This document shows positions 1 through 6,512 of a DNA stretch of 20,014 nt, in pieces (position 1 is the first letter of the stretch; the number at the start of each line of letters is the position of its first letter). A program made the position numbers and the translations under genes. Below the pieces are notes generated by a model. That model saw nothing but the letters and a program-made list of their open reading frames with translations, searched no databases and was not told where the DNA came from. Source of the DNA: a virus; IMG/VR virus record IMGVR_UViG_3300028968_000146, positions 2,153 through 22,166 of that record; one strand, written 5' to 3'.

Positions 1-468
1 CCCGTAACAGTATCCATATATTCATTCGCCGACATTCCGGCAGTCATATATGCCTTATTTGCATTTTCTAATACAACATTTTGCGCACTCATCAAACTGT
101 CGTATTTCCCTTGAATATCAGAAACACTTTTACCGACACTCTGTGCATATTCCTCAACACTTCTTCCGCCTGCTCCGAACAACGTTTCTACACCGCCCGT
201 AAGTTGTTCATAATCAGCAAATGCACCGACAGACTTTGAAACCAAAGCCGTTACGGCAGTCGCCTCCTGCCACCGCTAAACCTTTTCCGACTTTTATGGC
301 ACTGCTCCCTATACCTTTCATTACAGAAGACATCTTTGAGGCGCTGTTCGTTGCGTCTTTCATCGACTCATTCATATTTTTGACACTGCCGATTACACTT
401 TTTATCCCTCGGGCAAATCCACTCGCATTAAGGTTCATATTCAGAACTATCGAACTTTTATTCTGCAA
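1..468 (-). CDS. Tail tape measure protein, N-terminal part. It runs off the window at position 1 and its reading frame is broken near 258-265.
   Basis: A TTG start at 468 follows GGGGGGTGA (SD-like) plus a 7-nt spacer. Frame A (468..217) reads MQNKSSIVLNMNLNASGFARGIKSV...GKGLAVAGG, then stops at 214-216. My own translation of the adjacent frame (275..1) gives ATAVTALVSKSVGAFADYEQLTGGVETLFGAGGRSVEEYAQSVGKSV...MSANEYMDTVTG, which is typical tape-measure sequence. The gene sits directly after the tail chaperone pair. Confidence 0.75.
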
Positions 469-482
469 AATTATTCACCCCC

Positions 483-533
483 CTACGCTATCACAAATGC
501 ACGGCATTTGCTCGCTATAATTTTGCTCCGCAA
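483..533 (-). other. 16-codon mini-ORF created by a duplicated copy of the tape-measure RBS and start region
   Basis: GGGAGGTGAATAATT-TTG-CGG... at 533 is a near-copy of GGGGGGTGAATAATT-TTG-CAG... at 468. Its TAG stop (483-485) lies inside the tape-measure SD. Confidence 0.3.
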
Positions 534-535
534 AA

Positions 536-712
536 TTATTCACCTCCCAACGCTTTCCACCTTGCGTATTCATCATCATTTGCCTTTTTGGCACTTGCAA
601 GGAAAAATATTTTTTCAATTTCCGGTCTTGCAAGCACCTTTTCGGGCAATATTCCTATTTGCAGATAATGATGTATCATATAGAGTTCATCATCTGCCTC
701 TATCAGTTTTTT
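536..712 (-). CDS. -1 frameshift extension of the tail assembly chaperone (GT-type fusion product 536..1083, joined at the slippery site)
   Basis: The -1 frame is open from the slippery heptamer to a TAA at 536-538. It reads KKLIEADDELYMIHHYLQIGILPEKVLARPEIEKIFFLASAKKANDDEYARWKALGGE. There is no independent RBS or start. The position between chaperone and tape measure matches the conserved G/GT arrangement. Confidence 0.7.
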   Translation of the reverse strand, partial: KKLIEADDELYMIHHYLQIGILPEKVLARPEIEKIFFLASAKKANDDEYARWKALGGE

Positions 713-1083
713 ACTTCTTCAACAAGTTTTACACTGTCGATATATCCCGCAAGTTTCATACACTCCATTGCAATCGGTGAGATTTCGCCGTCGTCAAAAA
801 TCTTTTCTACGATTTCTTCGGGATATGTACAACCGTATGCCTCTTGTAGTTCTTTTGAATGTAAATCCGGTTCGGCAACACACTCATAAACAAGGTGAGC
901 GTCACCGTCCTTTTCCATTTCCGCCGATTCTGTTGCAAGCGACTTTGTCGGTGCTTTTATAACAATCTCGCCACCAAGGCTTTTTACATAAACTCTCGCT
1001 CTTTTTACGTTTTTCTTTGCCTCAAGCACTTGCTCCTTACGCTTGATAAGCTCCGCAAGAGTAATTTTTGTATTCTTATCCAT
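703..1083 (-). CDS. Tail assembly chaperone, XkdN-like (zero-frame product)
   Basis: The sequence MDKNTKITLAELIKRKEQVLEAKK...VYVKSLGGEIVIKAP..LHSKELQEAYGC follows the tube gene and precedes the tape measure. The ATG at 1083 is 9 nt after GGAGG, whereas the ATG at 1089 is only 3 nt after it. Confidence 0.75.
   Translation of the reverse strand: MDKNTKITLAELIKRKEQVLEAKKNVKRARVYVKSLGGEIVIKAPTKSLATESAEMEKDGDAHLVYECVAEPDLHSKELQEAYGCTYPEEIVEKIFDDGEISPIAMECMKLAGYIDSVKLVEEVKN
706..712 (-). promoter_or_regulatory. Programmed -1 ribosomal frameshift slippery heptamer A_AAA_AAC
   Basis: The minus strand reads GT A AAA AAC TGA. The heptamer is in the X_XXY_YYZ register of the chaperone zero frame, immediately before its stop codon. 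Confidence 0.7.
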
Positions 1084-1098
1084 AATCATATACCTCCG

Positions 1099-1542
1099 TT
1101 ATTTCACATTCATTGTAGATGTAAGGTCATAGTCGGTAAAACCGCCGCTGAATTCTTCTTCAACTATCTTACCGTTTTCAAAATTCATAAGTGACACATC
1201 ATTATACCAACAATTATCAAGTTGAATTGTTTCATAACCGCCGTTATCGGGATCTTCAAGTCTTGCTACCAATGTATGTCTTGTATCTTTACCTTTTTTA
1301 TGTCCGTCAGCTATTTCTTTACCCCTTGAATATACTTTTCGTACGGTATATGAAAATTCATAGTCAACGCCCATAAGCTTTGAATCGTTCGTTGTATCGC
1401 CGGCAAAACTTACACTCTCACGATTTGTCTTTTCCTTTGCCTCAAACTTATACACTTCATAGGCAAGACTTCCGTCAATCCAAAGTTTACCGAATGTACC
1501 GGAACAAAGTTGATTGCCTCTCGGTTTAACACTTTCAGCCAT
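1099..1542 (-). CDS. Contractile-tail tube protein, XkdM-like
   Basis: 147 aa, immediately downstream of the sheath gene. The N-terminus (GTFGKLWIDGSLAYEVYKFEAKEKTNRESV) resembles the PBSX XkdM core tail protein pattern. Confidence 0.8.
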   Translation of the reverse strand: MAESVKPRGNQLCSGTFGKLWIDGSLAYEVYKFEAKEKTNRESVSFAGDTTNDSKLMGVDYEFSYTVRKVYSRGKEIADGHKKGKDTRHTLVARLEDPDNGGYETIQLDNCWYNDVSLMNFENGKIVEEEFSGGFTDYDLTSTMNVK

Positions 1543-1548
1543 TATCTA

Positions 1549-2595
1549 TCACTCCAATCCTATTTTAAAACTCAAGTCCTCAATACAATCCTGTATTGTA
1601 ATATCCGCACCCGCAAATATGATACTTCCCGTATTTGCCACTTCGACCTCACTGTCTGTCCAATCCGACACGTCATATTTTTGAGCAAGCCATTCACGTT
1701 GCGACTGAACGTCAATATAAGCTCTGCAATCGGCACCGTCATACAATACGCCCTGTGACTGCAACGACTTAAAATACTGATTAACCGCACCGATAAACAA
1801 CATTTTATTTTCGTGACTGTTTACAACATTAATATAATTTTCCTCAAACGATGCTTTTATATCATCTCTTATGAGGTCAAGACTGTCTATAATCTTGATT
1901 TTCTTCATATCCTCCGTCTTATCGCCCGACAATGTTACAAGCGAATTGACACCTCTGCCGACTTTAACCTTTTCGCCGTCATTGATAAGTATAAACTTAC
2001 CGCCGTCAATATCATCATCCGGAGTTGTACTTTCCGTTATGCTTTCAACCTCTGCAAGAGTTTGATACGTCGCACCCTCTGTCATAGGCAATCCTGCCAA
2101 AAGTCCTGCAATACGGCAACAGTATTCGGCAGTGGTATAAACCTTTGTACCGACTTTTATATCATTGGTTGCGAAGTTTATAATACCCTCATTATTCGCC
2201 GCATACGGAAGTACGGCTTTAAATGTCTTTTTCGCATTTCTCTGTGCAATAATCCAATCCGCAATATCTTTTTCGTTATCGGCAAGCGACGGTATTGCAA
2301 GGTAATTCCACTTTTTATTTTTTAATCGTGCAAGTGCGTCGTCATAGGTATCTTCCGCACCTATTCTCTCGACAATAACCCTTTGCGGTCCGCCGAGGAA
2401 CGTCTTGCTTATGTAATCATAATTTGCGGTTGTCCAATGAGATTTTACAACTTCACTCTCATTTGTATACGAATATGATGTAATATCACCTTTGGTTGCG
2501 TCACGCAAAATCAGTGCAACAATGCCGTTTGCACTTCGTTTAATTGCCGTTTCAGCTTTGGACTGAAACACTATATTTATTTCAGGTAAACCCAT
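1549..2595 (-). CDS. Tail sheath protein
   Basis: 348 aa with AGGAGGAGATTTATA-ATG. Sequence features resemble the phage sheath family (GIVALILRDATKG, AEYCCRIAGLLAGLPMTEGATYQTL, GKFILINDGEKVKVGRGVNSL). It is followed by the tube gene. Confidence 0.85.
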   Translation of the reverse strand: MGLPEINIVFQSKAETAIKRSANGIVALILRDATKGDITSYSYTNESEVVKSHWTTANYDYISKTFLGGPQRVIVERIGAEDTYDDALARLKNKKWNYLAIPSLADNEKDIADWIIAQRNAKKTFKAVLPYAANNEGIINFATNDIKVGTKVYTTAEYCCRIAGLLAGLPMTEGATYQTLAEVESITESTTPDDDIDGGKFILINDGEKVKVGRGVNSLVTLSGDKTEDMKKIKIIDSLDLIRDDIKASFEENYINVVNSHENKMLFIGAVNQYFKSLQSQGVLYDGADCRAYIDVQSQREWLAQKYDVSDWTDSEVEVANTGSIIFAGADITIQDCIEDLSFKIGLE

Positions 2596-3017
2596 TATAA
2601 ATCTCCTCCTAATATCAAATCTTCTGCCTTATCGTATGTACTTTCGTTTCTCACCTTAACGGTGTAATTGTATACAAGCTCCGTCACAAGCGTGTAGTTT
2701 TCCAAAGAAAAATCTATACTAAAACTTCTTATACGCATACCGTCGGACAATACAAGCGGATTGTATAAAAACAAACCTCTTAATTTTTCAGCCACATAAA
2801 TAAATTCATCTTGACTTATATCTTTCGGAACATATCTTATTCGTACCGTCTGCGTTTCATCGTCCAAAAACGTATTTGTCGCCTGTACGTTAAGCGGAAA
2901 CATCTCAACGATAAAACAAGGTTCGGAAAAACCTTGTTCGGTGTATGCGGTATAAACCGCATTGCCGAAACAGTCATAAATAGCTTTTGTTACTGCATTT
3001 TTAATACTCGTCATCAT
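2595..3017 (-). CDS. Neck or tail-completion protein (function assigned from position only)
   Basis: 140-aa ORF, translationally coupled at both ends (ATGA at the start, TAATG at the stop). It lies between the gp10-like gene and the sheath gene. Confidence 0.55.
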   Translation of the reverse strand: MMTSIKNAVTKAIYDCFGNAVYTAYTEQGFSEPCFIVEMFPLNVQATNTFLDDETQTVRIRYVPKDISQDEFIYVAEKLRGLFLYNPLVLSDGMRIRSFSIDFSLENYTLVTELVYNYTVKVRNESTYDKAEDLILGGDL

Positions 3018-3448
3018 TTCAGTATTTCCTCCATCTTCCGCATAAGTATTTTCGGTGCTACCTTATCGACTTTCGGTACTACGGTGTTAAGATATTTTTT
3101 GCCCTCAACCCACTTTTTGCCGTTTTTCTTAGGCTTGTACTTCGGGGACGTACCCTTTCCGAGCCTTGTACGGTGTCCGAACTCCACATAAGGAGCATAT
3201 TCAAGTGCGGTATATATTCCGCCTTTTACCGTACTTCCGCTTACAGTTGTTCTTTCTGCTTGCCAACTCTTTTTCAGTGTACCGCCCGTTTTACCGTTCT
3301 TGTAATGTCCGGGTTTTGTTACGTTACTGATGTATTTTAATGCCCTCTGTGAAATTACATTCATAGCCGATGCACAAGCTTTGGTGTAATCCACACTTTC
3401 CATTTGCTTTTGTAATTTCTCAAGCTGTGAAAAATCAATCTCATTCAT
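3014..3448 (-). CDS. HK97 gp10-family head-tail joining protein
   Basis: 144 aa. The C-terminal LEYAPYVEFGHRTR motif is typical of the HK97 gp10 family. The start overlaps the upstream stop (TAATG). Confidence 0.8.
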   Translation of the reverse strand: MNEIDFSQLEKLQKQMESVDYTKACASAMNVISQRALKYISNVTKPGHYKNGKTGGTLKKSWQAERTTVSGSTVKGGIYTALEYAPYVEFGHRTRLGKGTSPKYKPKKNGKKWVEGKKYLNTVVPKVDKVAPKILMRKMEEILK

Positions 3449-3807
3449 TACGCATAATCCTCGAATAATTCCAGTGCAATTTCTTGGTGCGATGTATAAA
3501 CCGCACTTTCACCGCTACGGCAATAGTCAGTTGTTTTTCCGTTTTGTGTAACGGTTATTTTACTGCCCGACGGTATTTCAACCTCCGGCGCAATAAAAAG
3601 CACAACCGATTGCGATATGGTGCTGTATCCATCGTCCTTTGCCGCCGAATTTCGGCTTTGAAACGAAAGTCGGCAAGGCTGTTCCGTTAAAACAGCCTTT
3701 TCGGTAAATACAGTTTCTCCTGTTTCCTCATTCACGCTTGAAACTTTCACTTTGACAGAACATAAGCCTTTATACAGTCTTTCAATCGCCTCTCTTACCA
3801 TATTCAT
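3448..3807 (-). CDS. Head-tail adaptor / head closure protein (SPP1 gp16-like)
   Basis: About 119 aa (MNMVREAIERLYKG..VKVKVSSVNEETGE..QPCRLSF). The ATG at 3807 overlaps the upstream TGA. GTG codons at 3813 and 3810 are alternative starts. Confidence 0.7.
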   Translation of the reverse strand: MNMVREAIERLYKGLCSVKVKVSSVNEETGETVFTEKAVLTEQPCRLSFQSRNSAAKDDGYSTISQSVVLFIAPEVEIPSGSKITVTQNGKTTDYCRSGESAVYTSHQEIALELFEDYA

Positions 3808-4139
3808 CACCACACCAACTTTCTGAAACGTGCAAGCCTTGCTTTGTAGTCTTTAAACACGCTCGACATACTGCTTGAATTACTGCCGTACGATACCGTA
3901 ACATCGCCCTCTTTGATTGACGTTACATTGTCGTATCGTCCCGATGATGCCGATATATCATAGCGGAACAAGTCCGCCGCCATAAGTATAACGGTATGCT
4001 TTAAATCATCGGGAATACCGTCAATATGGCAATAATTCTTGATATATTCGATTGTGCTTTCAATACATCTTTCGGCTTTTCCTCTGTCATCTTCGCTTAT
4101 GCCGTACATATCCGCAAAAACAGCTATATACTCATCCAT
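3807..4139 (-). CDS. Head-tail connector protein (phage gp6-like / SPP1 gp15-like)
   Basis: 110 aa, directly after the capsid gene. The pattern IESTIEYIKNYCHIDGIPDDLKHTVILMAADLFRY is typical of the Phage_connect_1 family. Confidence 0.75.
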   Translation of the reverse strand: MDEYIAVFADMYGISEDDRGKAERCIESTIEYIKNYCHIDGIPDDLKHTVILMAADLFRYDISASSGRYDNVTSIKEGDVTVSYGSNSSSMSSVFKDYKARLARFRKLVW

Positions 4140-4150
4140 AAGTCACCTCA

Positions 4151-5164
4151 TCAAATCTTGTGACGCATTTCGACAATTCTAATCTGCTTAGGGTCATATA
4201 CAGGTGTCCAGTTTGTTGCATTAGCAAGTTCCGTACGCGTAGGACCTTCCGTATTTGCGACATCGGCGTCCGTAAACTTAACACCGCGTGGGTGAAGAAT
4301 ATACGTCTTACGATTGATAAGATAGTCAACACCACTGCCCTTTTTCTTATCTCTGTCTGTTTCGGTTGCAACAAACTTTTCCGGTGTACCGTTACCGAGT
4401 GCAATCGCACCGTTGCCGAAAAGATATGTTGAAAATACTTGACTCGAACCCGAACCTGTTACGGGACAGCCGTCATCAATAATAACTCGCTTACCCATAT
4501 ATGTACTGAACGGATTTGCACCGGACGGCTGAATTACGTCAATAAGGTCTTGCTTTCTGAGTGCCGCCTCAACTGCACTGTGCATAACAACGGCGGTAAG
4601 TTCCGCTTTGTTGTCGCCTAAAAGCTGTTGTGCGTCAATAAAAGCACTTCCGCTCCATTTTGCACCGTTACCGCTTGCGCTTGACATATCAAGAATGTTT
4701 GACGCAAGTCTTGTTTCAGCCTCTTTAGGCGAACCGTCGGAGACTGCCGGAATTGTGCCGAAGATACCTTTAAGCACTGCGATAAGTTCCTTTTGTAAAT
4801 CTCTCACCCAAAAGTCAGATACAAGACTTGCAATCGCCGCCATAGGGTCAGCACCCGACATTGCGGCGGAAAGGTCTGTTGCACTCCACATTTTTGCACG
4901 TCTTAAAATTACCGCAACGTCTTTCTTACTGCTGATTTTATCGGCGGTAAGGTCATCGCCCTCGATAACCGTTTCCGATTCACCTGTTAGGTCAGAGAAA
5001 AACGGCATATTTACAAGCGGACTTGCCTGTGACGCAAGCTTGTCAAATTCTGCGTCATTCTGCACTATACCGCTTTGTACAAGTGCCGATTTTTCAAGTG
5101 TCTTTTGAATAACGTACGGATTAAACAGTTCCGGTACGATAATATCTGATAAAGTTGTTCCCAT
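4151..5164 (-). CDS. Major capsid protein
   Basis: 337 aa with GGAGGAATTTAAT-ATG. It starts 1 nt after the scaffold gene. Size, position and sequence character fit a major head protein. Confidence 0.85.
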   Translation of the reverse strand: MGTTLSDIIVPELFNPYVIQKTLEKSALVQSGIVQNDAEFDKLASQASPLVNMPFFSDLTGESETVIEGDDLTADKISSKKDVAVILRRAKMWSATDLSAAMSGADPMAAIASLVSDFWVRDLQKELIAVLKGIFGTIPAVSDGSPKEAETRLASNILDMSSASGNGAKWSGSAFIDAQQLLGDNKAELTAVVMHSAVEAALRKQDLIDVIQPSGANPFSTYMGKRVIIDDGCPVTGSGSSQVFSTYLFGNGAIALGNGTPEKFVATETDRDKKKGSGVDYLINRKTYILHPRGVKFTDADVANTEGPTRTELANATNWTPVYDPKQIRIVEMRHKI

Positions 5165-5165
5165 A

Positions 5166-5777
5166 TTAAATTCCTCCTGTCATTCCTGCCTCTTGCATTA
5201 ATACTTTTGCTTTAGCAGGGTCGTTTTTATAAATTTCTCCCTGTTTGGTAAGATTGAATGTTTCCTTTGCCCAAGGATTTACGTCTGAACTTCCGCTTCC
5301 GCCTTTTGGTGTATATGCTCCTCCTTTTTCGGCAAAAAGGTGTGAGTACGTCTTATCCTCCCTAAGCGGTTTAAGAATATCGTCCACACCGACAGGCTTG
5401 CCGTCTTTGTCGAATGTAAACTTGTCAATTCCGCCTTGCTTGTAAATAAGATAGTCGGCATCGGTTACACCGGCTTTTGAAAGCTGTTCCTTTAATGCGT
5501 ATGTCTTTGCGGTGTTCAACGCATCTGTTTTAAGCGTTTCAATCTCGCTTTCATACTCTTTGATTTTGTTCTGCAATTCCGCGTTGTCGGCATTTGATTG
5601 TTTAAGGTCCTCAATGGTTTTATTCGCCGTTTTAAGCTCCGTAACTTTGTCATTGAAAACATTTTTCGGTACTGCATACTTCGGAAATTCAGAGTTTACA
5701 GTCGACATCACTCCGTCAATATCCAACTTGCCGTCCTCAATCTTCGCCTTTTCCAATATTGCCTTTAACCATTCCAT
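5166..5777 (-). CDS. Scaffolding protein, phage GP20 family
   Basis: 203 aa with GGAGGAGAAATAAGA-ATG. It has a coiled-coil middle region, and MEWLKAILEKA...FPKYAVPKNVFNDK..ELK matches the GP20 minor structural/scaffold pattern. Confidence 0.85.
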   Translation of the reverse strand: MEWLKAILEKAKIEDGKLDIDGVMSTVNSEFPKYAVPKNVFNDKVTELKTANKTIEDLKQSNADNAELQNKIKEYESEIETLKTDALNTAKTYALKEQLSKAGVTDADYLIYKQGGIDKFTFDKDGKPVGVDDILKPLREDKTYSHLFAEKGGAYTPKGGSGSSDVNPWAKETFNLTKQGEIYKNDPAKAKVLMQEAGMTGGI

Positions 5778-5865
5778 TCTTATTTCTCCTCCATAATTTT
5801 TTATTCAGGTGCGTTCCTGTAAAAAAGCATTGTTCTTTATTCTCTGCAACACTTGAAAAAAGAGT

Positions 5866-5895
5866 ATAAAAAAAGCACCGTTTCATAGGTGCTAA
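5866..5895 (-). terminator. Rho-independent terminator (distal of a tandem pair)
   Basis: The minus strand reads AGCACC-TATGAAAC-GGTGCT followed by TTTTTTT. Confidence 0.65.
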
Positions 5896-5941
5896 GGCGG
5901 TAAACCTCGTATATTCACTTGTTCCACTCTCCTTTTTCGTA

Positions 5942-5970
5942 TCAAAAAAGCACGCCCTAAGACGTGCTTA
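5942..5970 (-). terminator. Rho-independent terminator directly after the YjcQ-like gene
   Basis: The minus strand reads AAGCACG-TCTTAGGG-CGTGCTT followed by TTTTTGAT, about 14 nt after the stop at 5984. Confidence 0.7.
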
Positions 5971-5983
5971 ATGTATATTTAAT

Positions 5984-6301
5984 TTATATACCGGGAATTG
6001 TTTCTTTAATGCTTTTAGCTAAATTTGCCGCTTTTTTCATCAAAGAATTTTCGCTAAGATATTCAAGTCCTTTTAATGTTATTCGGACATCATCGAATTT
6101 GATTCCCTGTATTCCTATCATATCAACTATGATTACTCCGGTTATATATTCTTCTTTGGCAAGCATTCTGATAATATTCTCAAATCGATTTTCTGTTATC
6201 TTGAAATTTTCTGCCTTTAGCAAAGACCTATCAACTTCATCACAATCCATTGCACTTTCAAGGACTTTAAGTATTTTATAAATAACTTTAAAATTATCCA
6301 T
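5984..6301 (-). CDS. YjcQ-family (winged-helix-like) protein; moron inside the head module
   Basis: 105 aa. MDNFKVIYKILKVLE..., MLAKEEYITGV and ITLKGLEYLSENSLMKK resemble the B. subtilis YjcQ family. The gene is AT-rich, has AAGGGAG upstream of its ATG, and is followed by two terminators. Confidence 0.7.
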   Translation of the reverse strand: MDNFKVIYKILKVLESAMDCDEVDRSLLKAENFKITENRFENIIRMLAKEEYITGVIIVDMIGIQGIKFDDVRITLKGLEYLSENSLMKKAANLAKSIKETIPGI

Positions 6302-6353
6302 TGCCTATACTCCCTTTGTTGTAATAAAAACATACTCATTAGTGTTTTTTGCT

Positions 6354-6512
6354 TTAATCAAACATACTATATTCTTTTCGTAACTTCTCGTAATACTTTT
6401 TTACTTCTTCAGGTGCATCTTCTCGTAAGTGGCATTCTCCGTCGGGATACTCTTCCCATTTGTCCAACTCTTTACTCATCTTCAAATCATATTCTGTTAT
6501 AAGCCTCATCAT
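6354..6512 (-). CDS. 52-codon ORF overlapping the MuF stop codon (not in the supplied ORF track); candidate partner or immunity protein for the MuF C-terminal domain
   Basis: My own translation gives ATGATGAGG... = MMRLITEYDLKMSKELDKWEEYPDGECHLREDAPEEVKKYYEKLRKEYSMFD, ending at TAA 6354-6356. Its ATG shares an ATGA with the MuF TGA stop, and GAGGTG lies 6 nt upstream. It fills an otherwise empty 207-nt gap. Confidence 0.5.
   Translation of the reverse strand: MMRLITEYDLKMSKELDKWEEYPDGECHLREDAPEEVKKYYEKLRKEYSMFD

Noticed and set aside
4132-4410. Nested same-strand alternative-frame ORFs (4132..4410 in the capsid gene, 18757..19029 in DUF669, 1572..1790 in the sheath gene, 5279..5461 in the scaffold gene, 8690..8926 in the portal gene)
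   Set aside because: They lie entirely inside well-supported genes, I could find no RBS for them, and their translations are arginine/threonine-rich and look out of frame. Nothing indicates overprinting.
5896-5941. 8-codon ORF (GTG AAT ATA CGA GGT TTA CCG CCT TAG) after AAGGAG, between the two terminators
   Set aside because: It is too short, with a non-ATG start and no supporting context. I only note the interval as a possible small transcript.
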